From NCBI RefSeq assembly GCF_041886205.1, contig NZ_CP169029.1: a DNA stretch of 64,000 bases; one strand, written 5' to 3'. How positions within the stretch are numbered: position 1 is the stretch's first letter; every line of letters starts with the position of its first letter. Made by a program: the position numbers and the translations under genes. Below the pieces are notes generated by a model. The model was given only the letters and a program-made list of their open reading frames with translations, was not told the origin of the DNA and ran no database searches. The stretch is from Escherichia coli (lineage in GTDB: Bacteria; Pseudomonadota; Gammaproteobacteria; Enterobacterales; Enterobacteriaceae). Shown piece by piece: positions 35,418 to 50,946 of the stretch.

Positions 35418-35936
35418 TTAGCTCTTTTCAGGACATTTAGTATTTGGCTGAATACGCGTTTCGTTATACGTTGTGGTAATAACAACGGCTAAACCTGTCG
35501 TAAACTGGCACTCTTTACCCACCTGGGTGGAGGTATACACTTTGGTGCCTTCCTTATACGTTAAAGAAACACCTTCCACTAAGGTTTTATCATTCACCAT
35601 AGAACCCGCTGCCGCGCCTACAGCTCCGCCGCCAACTGCACCTGCCGTCGTTCCGGAATTGCTGCCAGACCCGACGTTGTGGCCGATAACACCGCCAGCG
35701 ACCGCGCCAATAAGCGCGCCGAAGGCTTGTGCGTTCCGTTTATTTTGGGAGTTGTCTACGGCAACTTTTGCGGGAAGAATGGAAATAATATTAACGGTTT
35801 TAGTTTCTTGTTTGGTATTCAGTTGATCGGTTTGATAAACATCGGCGGCATGATCATCAGCATTTGACTGGCATCCTGCCAGAGTGAATGACGCTAACAT
35901 TGCCACAGGCAGAAGACATTTTTTAAATTTCATCAC
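35418..35936 (-). CDS. yfgH: outer-membrane lipoprotein with glycine-zipper domain YfgH
   Basis: 172 aa; lipobox LAGC; Gly-rich GxxxG zipper (GALIGAVAGGVIGHNVGSG...). Confidence 0.75.
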   Translation of the reverse strand: MMKFKKCLLPVAMLASFTLAGCQSNADDHAADVYQTDQLNTKQETKTVNIISILPAKVAVDNSQNKRNAQAFGALIGAVAGGVIGHNVGSGSNSGTTAGAVGGGAVGAAAGSMVNDKTLVEGVSLTYKEGTKVYTSTQVGKECQFTTGLAVVITTTYNETRIQPNTKCPEKS

Positions 35937-36246
35937 TATTCCTTGTTATACACATTACGAAAAATAAGACATTTAAGATCATCAAAAGAGGAAAGTAAAT
36001 GTATTGCGTATAAAGGGATAGATTAAATTTATTAAAATTCACTCGGGGAATAATTTATAAAAATACATCATTACAACATATATATTAATTTTATATTTAT
36101 TTCGCAGCCAAACAGGATAAACATCAGTCAGGACAAAGACGTAAAACTTAAGATGGAAGAATATCTGCCGCTTTGATAATCCCAAAGAGCAAAAGCATCC
36201 GACAGCGAAGTGCCGTTATGTTCTGTGAAAGTGGAGAAGGTAACCG

Positions 36247-36438
36247 CTAACGTTGTACCGGTGATTCGACAGAGAGTGTGGATTGCTGAGCTTCTTTTTT
36301 GCTCTGATGGTGCTGCCAGGCACCGACGGACGAGTAGATAAAACGGCCAAAGAAGAAGATAAAGCTGATGAGCAGTACGATACGGGTCATGCGACTGTTA
36401 AATCGGTGTCGTTTTCGCATACTGGTTGCCTGACTCAC
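36247..36438 (-). CDS. yfgG: small membrane protein YfgG
   Basis: 63-aa ORF with one hydrophobic segment, in the conserved position between yfgH and pdeF. Confidence 0.55.
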   Translation of the reverse strand: MSQATSMRKRHRFNSRMTRIVLLISFIFFFGRFIYSSVGAWQHHQSKKEAQQSTLSVESPVQR

Positions 36439-36648
36439 AAAAGGTTCCTTGAAGTATGTCCCACGCTGTGGACGGTACTTACATTAAGGCACAACAGGAC
36501 AAAATGGTCAATTCTTCGTTATGTAAAAAAGCGTCAGTGGATACATATTTTAATGTTATGGAAGTTAATTTAATTATTTACAATGATGATGTAATAATGA
36601 TGAATTAACATGATAAACGTAATAATTCATTAATCAGGGTTATTTTGT

Positions 36649-36662
36649 TTGATATATATCAA
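36649..36662. promoter_or_regulatory. perfect FNR box TTGAT-atat-ATCAA upstream of pdeF (yfgF)
   Basis: Exact match to the FNR consensus, read directly; about 130 bp upstream of the pdeF ATG. pdeF is reported to be anaerobically (FNR) induced. Confidence 0.6.
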
Positions 36663-36789
36663 TTGGAACTTTCATATGACACTTAGAATCAATGCTCTCT
36701 ATAGTGATGAATAATCATCATTCGAAGTCAGGTGGGATGCCTGTCTGAATACACCTCCTTCAGGATGTGGGGGATTCTGCTGAGCATCT

Positions 36790-39033
36790 ATGAAACTGAA
36801 TGCAACTTATATAAAAATACGTGATAAATGGTGGGGGCTTCCGCTGTTCCTGCCTTCTTTAATCTTGCCCATTTTCGCTCACATTAATACTTTTGCGCAT
36901 ATTTCTTCCGGTGAGGTTTTTCTCTTTTATCTGCCTTTGGCACTGATGATCAGCATGATGATGTTTTTCAGCTGGGCGGCATTGCCAGGGATCGCCTTAG
37001 GGATTTTTGTCCGCAAATATGCAGAGCTTGGTTTTTACGAAACGCTCTCATTAACGGCTAATTTTATTATCATTATCATTCTCTGTTGGGGTGGTTACAG
37101 GGTCTTTACTCCCCGGCGTAACAACGTTTCACATGGTGATACCCGTTTAATTTCCCAGCGTATATTCTGGCAGATTGTGTTTCCTGCAACGCTGTTTCTG
37201 ATACTTTTTCAGTTTGCTGCGTTTGTAGGATTACTGGCGAGCAGAGAAAATCTGGTCGGCGTCATGCCTTTTAACCTCGGGACCTTAATCAATTATCAGG
37301 CCTTACTGGTGGGCAATCTGATTGGTGTCCCGCTGTGCTACTTCATCATTCGTGTAGTGCGAAATCCATTTTATTTACGTAGCTATTATTCGCAATTAAA
37401 ACAGCAGGTTGATGTCAAAGTCACAAAAAAAGAGTTCGCACTCTGGCTACTGGCACTAGGTGCTTTACTGTTGCTGTTATGCATGCCGTTAAATGAAAAA
37501 AGCACAATTTTTAGCACCAATTATACCTTGTCATTATTGCTGCCCCTGATGATGTGGGGAGCGATGCGCTATGGGTATAAGTTGATTTCGCTGCTCTGGG
37601 CGGTCGTGCTGATGATCAGCATCCACAGCTATCAAAATTACATTCCCATTTATCCTGGCTATACCACTCAGCTGACCATAACCTCCTCCAGTTATCTGGT
37701 ATTCTCTTTTATTGTCAATTATATGGCTGTACTGGCAACCCGTCAGCGAGCGGTAGTCAGACGCATTCAGCGACTTGCGTATGTGGACCCGGTGGTTCAT
37801 CTGCCAAATGTTCGCGCCCTGAATCGCGCGTTGCGTGATGCCCCCTGGTCTGCGCTTTGTTATTTACGCATCCCTGGCATGGAAATGCTGGTTAAAAACT
37901 ATGGCATCATGCTGCGGATTCAATACAAGCAAAAACTTTCTCACTGGCTGTCACCCTTGCTGGAACCGGGTGAAGATGTTTATCAGCTTTCGGGTAACGA
38001 TCTCGCGCTGCGACTGAATACAGAATCGCACCAGGAGCGCATTGCCGCACTGGATAGCCATCTCAAGCAATTTCGTTTCTTTTGGGATGGCATGCCGATG
38101 CAACCGCAGATTGGCGTCAGTTACTGCTATGTGCGCTCGCCAGTGAATCATATCTACCTGCTGCTGGGAGAGCTAAATACGGTCGCCGAACTTTCCATCG
38201 TGACCAACGCCCCGGAAAATATGCAGCGTCGCGGGGCAATGTATTTGCAACGCGAATTGAAAGATAAAGTCGCGATGATGAATCGGCTACAGCAGGCGCT
38301 GGAACACAACCATTTTTTCCTGATGGCCCAGCCGATTACCGGTATGCGTGGTGATGTTTACCATGAAATTCTTCTGCGCATGAAAGGTGAGAATGATGAA
38401 CTGATCAGCCCCGATAGCTTCTTGCCGGTCGCGCACGAATTTGGTTTATCGTCGAGTATCGACATGTGGGTCATTGAGCATACGCTGCAATTTATGGCTA
38501 AAAACAGAGCGAAGATGCCCGCTCACCGTTTTGCTATTAATCTGTCTCCAACCTCGGTATGTCAGGCGCGTTTTCCTGTTGAAGTCAGTCAACTGCTGGC
38601 TAAATATCAGATTGAAGCGTGGCAACTTATTTTTGAAGTCACCGAAAGTAATGCTCTGACCAATGTTAAGCAGGCGCAAATCACCTTGCAGCATCTTCAG
38701 GAATTAGGCTGCCAGATTGCGATTGATGATTTCGGCACCGGCTACGCCAGCTATGCGCGGCTTAAAAATGTGAATGCCGATCTGCTTAAAATTGACGGCA
38801 GTTTTATCCGCAATATTGTGTCAAATAGTCTGGATTATCAGATTGTGGCGTCGATTTGCCACCTGGCGCGAATGAAGAAAATGCGGGTAGTGGCAGAGTA
38901 CGTTGAAAACGAAGAGATCCGCGAGGCGGTGCTCTCTTTGGGGATCGATTATATGCAGGGTTATCTTATTGGTAAGCCGCAACCGTTAATTGATACGCTG
39001 AATGAAATCGAACCCATTCGCGAAAGTGCCTGA
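36790..39033 (+). CDS. pdeF: cyclic-di-GMP phosphodiesterase PdeF (MASE1 - degenerate GGDEF - EAL)
   Basis: 747 aa; N-terminal polytopic membrane domain; EAL-domain motifs (EVTE, DDFGTGYAS, EYVE) at the C-terminus. Confidence 0.9.
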   Translation: MKLNATYIKIRDKWWGLPLFLPSLILPIFAHINTFAHISSGEVFLFYLPLALMISMMMFFSWAALPGIALGIFVRKYAELGFYETLSLTANFIIIIILCWGGYRVFTPRRNNVSHGDTRLISQRIFWQIVFPATLFLILFQFAAFVGLLASRENLVGVMPFNLGTLINYQALLVGNLIGVPLCYFIIRVVRNPFYLRSYYSQLKQQVDVKVTKKEFALWLLALGALLLLLCMPLNEKSTIFSTNYTLSLLLPLMMWGAMRYGYKLISLLWAVVLMISIHSYQNYIPIYPGYTTQLTITSSSYLVFSFIVNYMAVLATRQRAVVRRIQRLAYVDPVVHLPNVRALNRALRDAPWSALCYLRIPGMEMLVKNYGIMLRIQYKQKLSHWLSPLLEPGEDVYQLSGNDLALRLNTESHQERIAALDSHLKQFRFFWDGMPMQPQIGVSYCYVRSPVNHIYLLLGELNTVAELSIVTNAPENMQRRGAMYLQRELKDKVAMMNRLQQALEHNHFFLMAQPITGMRGDVYHEILLRMKGENDELISPDSFLPVAHEFGLSSSIDMWVIEHTLQFMAKNRAKMPAHRFAINLSPTSVCQARFPVEVSQLLAKYQIEAWQLIFEVTESNALTNVKQAQITLQHLQELGCQIAIDDFGTGYASYARLKNVNADLLKIDGSFIRNIVSNSLDYQIVASICHLARMKKMRVVAEYVENEEIREAVLSLGIDYMQGYLIGKPQPLIDTLNEIEPIRESA

Positions 39034-39038
39034 ATAAT

Positions 39039-39065
39039 GCGGGCCGACATTTCTCGTCGGCCCGC
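39039..39065. terminator. bidirectional terminator between convergent pdeF and ppx
   Basis: Perfect 10-bp GC-rich stem gcgggccgac / gtcggcccgc with 7-nt loop. Confidence 0.6.
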
Positions 39066-39071
39066 AAAGCA

Positions 39072-42684
<3,613 letters not shown>

Positions 42685-42811
42685 TACCACTTTTACTCCG
42701 TTTTATTCACGGGACACTGCCTGGATATTATGGCGAGCAATATTGGCAGATGTCCAACTATGCCAGAAAAGGGGGAAAAAAACTGCTGGAGCTTGCGATT
42801 TACAGGTGAAT

Positions 42812-42840
42812 TGAAAAACGCCAGCGGCAGAGCTGGCGCT
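42812..42840 (-). terminator. rho-independent terminator after purN
   Basis: Hairpin cgccagc-ggcaga-gctggcg followed on the minus strand by TTTTTCAA. Confidence 0.6.
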
Positions 42841-42855
42841 TTAATTACGGGGGTA

Positions 42856-43493
42856 TTACTCGTCGGCAGCGTAGCCCTGCGGCGGCAGACGTTGACCATC
42901 CAGCCACGCGGCGTTTTCGTGCATTTTCAGACGACCATCGGCAAACCAGCTAATCACCAGTGGATAAATGGCGTGTTCCTGGGTTTGCACGCGGGCGGTG
43001 ACGTCATCTTCCGTATCACCAGCAAATACCGGGACTTTCGCCTGTAAAATAACCGGGCCACCGTCCAGTTCATCGGTGACGAAATGCACCGATGTACCGT
43101 GCTCTTCATCACCATTTTCCAGCGCCTGACGATGGGTGTGTAATCCGGGATATTTCGGCAGCAGAGAAGGGTGAATGTTCAGCAAACGCCCGGCATAGTG
43201 GGAGACAAACGCCGGGCTGAGAATGCGCATAAAACCAGCCAGCACGACCACATCGGGTGCGTACATGTCGATTTCATGAATCAACTCCCGGTCATAGGCT
43301 TCACGACTGTCAAACGCGCTGGCGATGAGCGTATGTGTTGCAATACCCGCCTGGCGGGCGCGTTCAAGGCCGAACGCGTCGGCCTTATTGCTGAAAACTG
43401 CCCGTACGGTGCCTTTAATTTTGTTGGTTTTACAGGCGTCAATAATTGCCTGTAAATTACTTCCGTTACCGGAAATAAGCACCACAATATTCA

Positions 43494-43494
<1 letters not shown>
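42856..43494 (-). CDS. purN: phosphoribosylglycinamide formyltransferase 1
   Basis: 212 aa, MNIVVLISGNGSNLQAIIDA... Confidence 0.95.
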
Positions 43495-44549
<1,055 letters not shown>

Positions 44550-44594
44550 TTACTTGCGGTAGAAAAATAAAATTCGGCGCAATTCTAACAGGGA

Positions 44595-44610
44595 AAGCAA
44601 ACGTTTGCGA
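44595..44610. promoter_or_regulatory. PurR operator (PUR box) AAGCAAACGTTTGCGA in the purM/upp divergent region
   Basis: Palindrome GCAAACGTTTGC matches the PurR consensus; about 65 bp upstream of the purM start. Confidence 0.7.
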
Positions 44611-44807
44611 GACTGCTTTACACAACCTTTTTGCACGTCTTTTGCCCAGGCGCGCGGCGAAAGAAGACTTGTGCCAGGGCAAAGGTTAGTTTTCGGATGG
44701 AATAATCTTCTTTCATAACCATTTGAATATAAAATAACTTTATCTCAAACTGTTATCATTTTGACTAAAGTCAACGAAAATAATATTGCCGCCTTGAAGA
44801 AAGGAGG

Positions 44808-44829
44808 TATAATCCGTCGATTTTTTTTG
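44808..44829 (+). promoter_or_regulatory. upp promoter -10 (TATAAT) and initially transcribed T8 tract (GATTTTTTTTG) for UTP-sensitive reiterative transcription
   Basis: TATAAT at 44808-44813 followed by CCGTCGA and a run of 8 T; matches the described upp leader architecture. Confidence 0.55.
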
Positions 44830-44855
44830 TGGCTGCCCCTCAAAGGAGAAAGAGT

Positions 44856-45482
44856 ATGAAGATCGTGGAAGTCAAACACCCACTCGTCAAACACAAGCTG
44901 GGACTGATGCGTGAGCAAGATATCAGCACCAAGCGCTTTCGCGAACTCGCTTCCGAAGTGGGTAGCCTGCTGACTTACGAAGCGACCGCCGACCTCGAAA
45001 CGGAAAAAGTAACTATCGAAGGCTGGAACGGCCCGGTAGAAATCGACCAGATCAAAGGTAAGAAAATTACCGTTGTGCCAATTCTGCGTGCGGGTCTTGG
45101 TATGATGGACGGTGTGCTGGAAAACGTTCCGAGCGCGCGCATCAGCGTTGTCGGTATGTACCGTAATGAAGAAACGCTGGAGCCGGTACCGTACTTCCAG
45201 AAACTGGTTTCTAACATCGATGAGCGTATGGCGCTGATCGTTGACCCAATGCTGGCAACCGGTGGTTCCGTTATCGCGACCATCGACCTGCTGAAAAAAG
45301 CGGGCTGCAGCAGCATCAAAGTTCTGGTGCTGGTCGCTGCGCCAGAAGGTATCGCTGCGCTGGAAAAAGCGCACCCGGACGTCGAACTGTATACCGCATC
45401 GATTGATCAGGGACTGAACGAGCACGGATACATTATTCCGGGCCTCGGCGATGCCGGTGACAAAATCTTTGGTACGAAATAA
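44856..45482 (+). CDS. upp: uracil phosphoribosyltransferase
   Basis: 208 aa from [20 protein letters not shown] with RBS AAAGGAGA; the ORF-track GTG start at 44829 is an upstream extension. Confidence 0.95.
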
Positions 45483-45497
45483 AGAATAAAAATAATT

Positions 45498-45528
45498 AAA
45501 GCCGACTTTAAGAGTCGGCTTTTTTTTG
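45498..45528 (+). terminator. rho-independent terminator after upp
   Basis: aaagccgact-ttaag-agtcggcttt then TTTTTTTT. Confidence 0.75.
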
Positions 45529-45567
45529 AGTAAAGCGCCTATAACACATAATACAGAGGATAATACT

Positions 45568-46857
45568 ATGACGCGCCGTGCTATCGGGGTGAGTGAAAGA
45601 CCGCCACTTTTACAGACAATCCCGCTTAGTTTGCAACATTTGTTCGCCATGTTTGGTGCAACCGTCCTGGTGCCCGTCTTATTTCATATTAACCCGGCGA
45701 CTGTACTGTTATTTAACGGTATTGGAACGCTGCTGTATCTCTTCATCTGTAAAGGGAAAATTCCGGCTTATCTTGGTTCCAGCTTTGCCTTTATTTCACC
45801 GGTATTGTTACTGTTGCCGTTAGGGTATGAAGTCGCGCTGGGCGGCTTTATTATGTGCGGCGTGCTGTTCTGCCTGGTTTCTTTTATCGTGAAGAAAGCG
45901 GGGACCGGCTGGCTGGACGTGCTGTTTCCACCTGCGGCAATGGGCGCAATCGTTGCCGTCATCGGTCTGGAGCTGGCGGGCGTAGCTGCCGGTATGGCGG
46001 GTTTACTCCCGGCTGAAGGGCAAACGCCAGACTCCAAAACCATCATCATCTCTATTACCACCCTGGCGGTCACGGTTTTAGGTTCCGTGCTGTTTCGTGG
46101 TTTCCTGGCAATTATCCCGATTTTAATTGGCGTGCTGGTGGGGTACGCGCTCTCTTTCGCAATGGGAATTGTCGATACCACGCCGATTATTAATGCTCAC
46201 TGGTTTGCGCTGCCAACCCTCTATACGCCGCGCTTCGAGTGGTTTGCCATTCTGACAATTCTGCCAGCGGCGTTAGTGGTTATTGCCGAACACGTAGGGC
46301 ACCTGGTAGTAACGGCTAATATCGTCAAAAAAGATCTGCTGCGCGATCCAGGTCTGCACCGTTCGATGTTTGCTAACGGCTTGTCGACCGTGATCTCCGG
46401 CTTCTTTGGCTCCACGCCAAATACCACTTACGGAGAAAACATTGGCGTGATGGCGATCACCCGTGTTTACAGTACCTGGGTTATCGGTGGGGCGGCGATT
46501 TTCGCTATCCTGCTTTCCTGCGTCGGTAAACTGGCTGCCGCTATCCAGATGATCCCATTGCCGGTGATGGGCGGCGTTTCGCTGCTGCTTTATGGTGTCA
46601 TCGGTGCTTCCGGTATTCGTGTTTTGATCGAATCGAAAGTGGATTACAACAAAGCACAGAACCTGATCCTGACTTCCGTGATTTTGATCATCGGCGTCAG
46701 TGGCGCGAAGGTAAACATCGGCGCGGCGGAGTTGAAAGGTATGGCGCTGGCGACCATCGTCGGTATCGGCTTAAGTTTGATCTTCAAACTGATCAGTGTG
46801 CTGCGCCCTGAAGAAGTGGTGCTGGACGCAGAAGACGCGGATATAACAGACAAATAA
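45568..46857 (+). CDS. uraA: uracil:proton symporter
   Basis: 429 aa from [36 protein letters not shown]2 family. Confidence 0.95.
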   Translation: MTRRAIGVSERPPLLQTIPLSLQHLFAMFGATVLVPVLFHINPATVLLFNGIGTLLYLFICKGKIPAYLGSSFAFISPVLLLLPLGYEVALGGFIMCGVLFCLVSFIVKKAGTGWLDVLFPPAAMGAIVAVIGLELAGVAAGMAGLLPAEGQTPDSKTIIISITTLAVTVLGSVLFRGFLAIIPILIGVLVGYALSFAMGIVDTTPIINAHWFALPTLYTPRFEWFAILTILPAALVVIAEHVGHLVVTANIVKKDLLRDPGLHRSMFANGLSTVISGFFGSTPNTTYGENIGVMAITRVYSTWVIGGAAIFAILLSCVGKLAAAIQMIPLPVMGGVSLLLYGVIGASGIRVLIESKVDYNKAQNLILTSVILIIGVSGAKVNIGAAELKGMALATIVGIGLSLIFKLISVLRPEEVVLDAEDADITDK

Positions 46858-46951
46858 TGTACCGACCGGGCAGTGTTGCTGCCCGGTTCAAACATCATGG
46901 GATTCTGTGGTAAACTTCTCGCGATTTTGTGAAATCCTGGTTGAGGTATCT

Positions 46952-47653
46952 CTGAACACACCGGCACAGCTCTCTTTGCCACTTTATCTTCCTGACGACG
47001 AAACCTTTGCAAGTTTCTGGCCGGGGGATAACTCCTCTTTACTGGCTGCGCTGCAAAACGTGCTGCGTCAGGAACATAGCGGTTACATCTATCTCTGGGC
47101 ACGCGAAGGCGCGGGGCGCAGCCATCTGCTGCACGCGGCTTGCGCGGAATTGTCGCAGCGTGGCGATGCGGTGGGCTATGTCCCGCTGGATAAACGCACC
47201 TGGTTTGTTCCGGAAGTGCTCGACGGTATGGAGCATTTGTCGCTGGTCTGTATCGACAACATTGAGTGTATTGCAGGCGATGAGTTGTGGGAGATGGCGA
47301 TTTTCGATCTCTACAATCGAATTCTGGAATCGGGCAAAACACGATTGTTGATCACCGGCGATCGTCCACCGCGGCAGTTGAATCTGGGATTACCGGATCT
47401 CGCGTCGCGACTCGACTGGGGGCAGATCTACAAATTGCAGCCACTTTCTGATGAAGATAAGTTGCAGGCGCTACAGTTACGCGCGCGTTTGCGTGGTTTT
47501 GAACTGCCGGAAGATGTGGGGCGTTTCTTGCTGAAGCGGCTCGACAGAGAAATGCGCACGCTATTTATGACGTTGGATCAGTTGGATCGTGCGTCGATTA
47601 CCGCGCAACGTAAGCTGACCATTCCGTTTGTGAAAGAAATTCTGAAGTTGTAG
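46952..47653 (+). CDS. hda: DnaA-inactivating protein Hda (RIDA)
   Basis: 233 aa if initiated at the CTG at 46952 ([22 protein letters not shown]...), consistent with the reported CUG start; the ORF-track start at 46907 is an in-frame upstream start; AAA+ Walker motifs present. Confidence 0.8.
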
Positions 47654-47668
47654 ATAAGGTGTTTATTG

Positions 47669-47761
47669 TCGGATGCGGCGCGAACGCCTTATCCGAACTA
47701 CGCGAAGTTAATCCATAGTATTCGTAGGCCGGATAAGACGTGGCAAGCGTCGCATCCGGCA
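47669..47761. repeat. BIME: two inverted REP elements between hda and yfgD
   Basis: ggatgcggcgcgaacgccttatccgaact ... gtaggccggataagacgtggcaagcgtcgcatccggc. Confidence 0.7.
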
Positions 47762-47790
47762 ATGTGCTTCAACTAGCGATGGAGCACATC

Positions 47791-48150
47791 TTAACCTACG
47801 ATTTCCAGTACCTGCTCCGGTGGACGACCAATCCGCGCTTTGCCATTCGCGACCACAATCGGGCGCTCCATCAGCTTCGGATTATCCACCATTGCCTGAA
47901 TCAGCGCCTCTTCGCTAAGCGAACTGTCAGCCAGGTTCAGTTCTTTATAAAGATCCTCTTTCTGGCGCATCAATTCACGGGCGCTATTCATCCCCAGCAT
48001 TTTCAGCAAATCGCGCAGCGTTGCCGCATCGGCGGGTGTCTCAAGGTAGAGCACCACTTCTGGCTCCACGCCGTTTTCTTTCAGCAGGTTCAGCGTTTCC
48101 CGGCTCTTTGAACAGCGTGGGTTATGGTAGATTTTTACCTGTTTGGTCAT
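47791..48150 (-). CDS. yfgD: ArsC-family (Spx/ArsC-like) reductase YfgD
   Basis: 119 aa, MTKQVKIYHNPRCSKSRETLNLLK...; N-terminal Cys in the ArsC fold. Confidence 0.8.
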   Translation of the reverse strand: MTKQVKIYHNPRCSKSRETLNLLKENGVEPEVVLYLETPADAATLRDLLKMLGMNSARELMRQKEDLYKELNLADSSLSEEALIQAMVDNPKLMERPIVVANGKARIGRPPEQVLEIVG

Positions 48151-48170
48151 TGTTCTTCCTTTAATGCGAA

Positions 48171-49634
48171 TTACATCTTGGTATAAGGCTTAAAGCGTTC
48201 CTGCAGCTGGCGCAACTGGTCGATGCGCGCATCGTAACGCGCTTGTTGCAGGCTGCCTAATTTCACCTGCGAACTGGCGCTACTCAACAGCGAAATGGCC
48301 TGATCGAGTCGCCCGGCGAGCGCATAACCTTCTGCTCGCGCAGCCAGTTCCTGATCGCTGTTATTTAGCGCGGCTTCCGCCTGTGCCAGTAAATCCCAGC
48401 CGTTGCTGTCATCTTTATTGTTAAAAGTGTAGCGATTGAGAATATTGGCCGCTTCTTGTGGTTGACCGCCTTGTAGATAAGCGTTCGCCAGGTTGAGCTG
48501 CAACACAGGATTGGTGCGCAAATCACGGGCATTTTTCAGGCGATTGATAGCGTCATTGGCTTTGTTTTGCCCAAGATCGATATCGGTAGCCAGATCGAGA
48601 TACCATGCGTTGCCAGGTTCTGCCGCCAGTAACGGTTGCAGCGTTTTACGCGCTTCGTCGTATTTATTGGCTTCCATCGCCTGTAAAGCACGACCATATT
48701 GCGCCGCTCGTTGCTGACGAACGTTTCCTTTCGCCCATTCATCCAGCAAATCACTGGTGAGCTGATTACGTCCGGAATTATACATCCCCAGTGTGCGCGC
48801 TTTCGCCAGATAGAAATCCTCCGACGACTGCACCACCATCGGGCGCATCTGATTAGCACGGTTGCGGGCATCTGCCAGACGACTTTCCGGCAATGGGTGA
48901 GTCAATAAAATTTCCGGCGGACGCGAGGAGTAACGCGCCTGATCGAGTAATTTTTCGAGGAAGGTCGGCATCGCCTGCGGATCGAATCCTGAGCGTTGCA
49001 GCACCTGAATACCTATGCGGTCCGCTTCCTGTTCATTTTGCTGGGTGAAACTGATCATCCCCTGGCGCGTTCCAGCCAGTGTACCGGTCAGCGCCGCCAT
49101 CCCTGCCTGCGGACTGGCCATCGCCAGTAAAATAGAACCTAACGCGCCGACCCAGGTCAGCGGCGCGCTGCGCTGCTGATCTTCCATCGCTCGCGCCAGG
49201 TGACGTTGGGTGACGTGGGAGATTTCGTGCGCCATAACTGAAGCCAGTTGACTTTCGTTATCGGAATAACGGAACAGGGCAGAGTGCAGCACCACGTTGC
49301 CGCCAAAGAAAGCAAAGGCGTTAATTTCGTCGTTGTTGATCAGAAAGAAATGAAACGGTGTCTTAACCGAATTGGCATGCGAAACCAGACGCATCCCCAG
49401 CGAATTAATATATTGCGTTAACAGCGGGTCATTAATTAACGGCGCGCTGCCGCGTAGCTGGCGGACATAATAGTCGCCCATCTGCATTTCCTGACCAATG
49501 GAAAGCGTGCTTCCTGCGGAGGTTCCCATATCCGGCAAGGTGTCTGCGCTGTCGGCAAACGCCGGGGCTACCTGACCAATGGTCATAGCAGCAATGAGGG
49601 TTGCAACCAGGTTTTTTTTCAACTGCCTGAACAT
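48171..49634 (-). CDS. bepA: periplasmic beta-barrel assembly-enhancing protease (M48 metalloprotease with TPR)
   Basis: 487 aa; signal peptide; HEISH zinc motif; C-terminal TPR-like region. Confidence 0.9.
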   Translation of the reverse strand: MFRQLKKNLVATLIAAMTIGQVAPAFADSADTLPDMGTSAGSTLSIGQEMQMGDYYVRQLRGSAPLINDPLLTQYINSLGMRLVSHANSVKTPFHFFLINNDEINAFAFFGGNVVLHSALFRYSDNESQLASVMAHEISHVTQRHLARAMEDQQRSAPLTWVGALGSILLAMASPQAGMAALTGTLAGTRQGMISFTQQNEQEADRIGIQVLQRSGFDPQAMPTFLEKLLDQARYSSRPPEILLTHPLPESRLADARNRANQMRPMVVQSSEDFYLAKARTLGMYNSGRNQLTSDLLDEWAKGNVRQQRAAQYGRALQAMEANKYDEARKTLQPLLAAEPGNAWYLDLATDIDLGQNKANDAINRLKNARDLRTNPVLQLNLANAYLQGGQPQEAANILNRYTFNNKDDSNGWDLLAQAEAALNNSDQELAARAEGYALAGRLDQAISLLSSASSQVKLGSLQQARYDARIDQLRQLQERFKPYTKM

Positions 49635-49846
49635 AACCTCTATCCTGTATTTCTGAAGATAGTCATTTGACCGATACTGTGAAATATCGTTCCCACCGCG
49701 CCGCCTTTGAGTGTAACGGCGAAGATTAGCCCACTCAAATGACTTTTCAGTTTCCTGAATCCGTCATAAAAAGCGAAGTCTTTTTTGTGACATTTCGATA
49801 CAATTGCGGATCGCAATCCCGCTCTTGAGGTTCAGGGAAGGTCTTT

Positions 49847-50908
49847 ATGCTCGAAATGTTGATGCAATGGTATCGCCGCCGTTTTAGCGACCCGGAAGCG
49901 ATTGCCTTGCTGGTTATTTTAGTTGCCGGATTTGGCATTATCTTTTTCTTTAGTGGCCTGCTTGCTCCGTTGCTGGTGGCTATTGTGCTGGCCTATTTGC
50001 TGGAATGGCCAACCGTGCGCCTGCAATCTATTGGCTGCTCCCGCCGCTGGGCGACGTCGATTGTATTGGTGGTTTTCGTCGGTATATTGCTACTGATGGC
50101 GTTCGTGGTACTGCCTATCGCCTGGCAGCAGGGCATCTACTTAATCCGCGATATGCCGGGGATGCTCAATAAGCTTTCTGACTTTGCCGCCACGTTGCCG
50201 CGCCGCTATCCGGCGTTAATGGATGCGGGCATTATTGATGCAATGGCCGAAAATATGCGCAGTCGGATGCTGACCATGGGCGATTCGGTGGTGAAAATTT
50301 CCCTCGCCTCGCTGGTCGGTTTGCTGACCATAGCCGTCTATCTGGTGCTGGTGCCATTGATGGTCTTCTTCCTGCTGAAAGACAAAGAGCAGATGCTGAA
50401 CGCCGTTCGTCGGGTGCTGCCGCGTAACCGCGGACTGGCAGGACAGGTGTGGAAGGAGATGAATCAACAAATCACCAACTATATTCGCGGCAAAGTGCTG
50501 GAGATGATCGTGGTGGGGATCGCCACCTGGCTGGGGTTCTTACTCTTCGGGCTGAACTATTCGCTGCTGCTGGCGGTGCTGGTCGGCTTCTCGGTACTTA
50601 TTCCGTATATTGGCGCATTTGTGGTAACCATTCCGGTGGTTGGCGTGGCGCTATTCCAGTTTGGTGCAGGCACGGAATTCTGGAGCTGCTTCGCGGTGTA
50701 TCTGATTATTCAGGCGCTGGACGGCAACCTGTTAGTACCGGTGTTGTTCTCCGAAGCGGTTAACCTGCATCCGCTGGTGATTATTTTATCGGTGGTGATC
50801 TTCGGTGGTTTGTGGGGATTCTGGGGCGTATTCTTCGCCATTCCGTTGGCAACGCTGATCAAAGCCGTGATTCACGCCTGGCCTGATGGGCAAATAGCGC
50901 AAGAATAA
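49847..50908 (+). CDS. perM: AI-2E family transporter PerM (YfgO)
   Basis: 353 aa polytopic membrane protein. Confidence 0.8.
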   Translation: MLEMLMQWYRRRFSDPEAIALLVILVAGFGIIFFFSGLLAPLLVAIVLAYLLEWPTVRLQSIGCSRRWATSIVLVVFVGILLLMAFVVLPIAWQQGIYLIRDMPGMLNKLSDFAATLPRRYPALMDAGIIDAMAENMRSRMLTMGDSVVKISLASLVGLLTIAVYLVLVPLMVFFLLKDKEQMLNAVRRVLPRNRGLAGQVWKEMNQQITNYIRGKVLEMIVVGIATWLGFLLFGLNYSLLLAVLVGFSVLIPYIGAFVVTIPVVGVALFQFGAGTEFWSCFAVYLIIQALDGNLLVPVLFSEAVNLHPLVIILSVVIFGGLWGFWGVFFAIPLATLIKAVIHAWPDGQIAQE

Positions 50909-50910
50909 TC

Positions 50911-50946
50911 TTCAGCCCGACGAACTGTTTCGCCGGGCTGATTTTT
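50911..50946 (+). terminator. rho-independent terminator after perM (overlaps focB 3' end)
   Basis: tcagcccg...cgggctga then TTTTTT. Confidence 0.6.
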
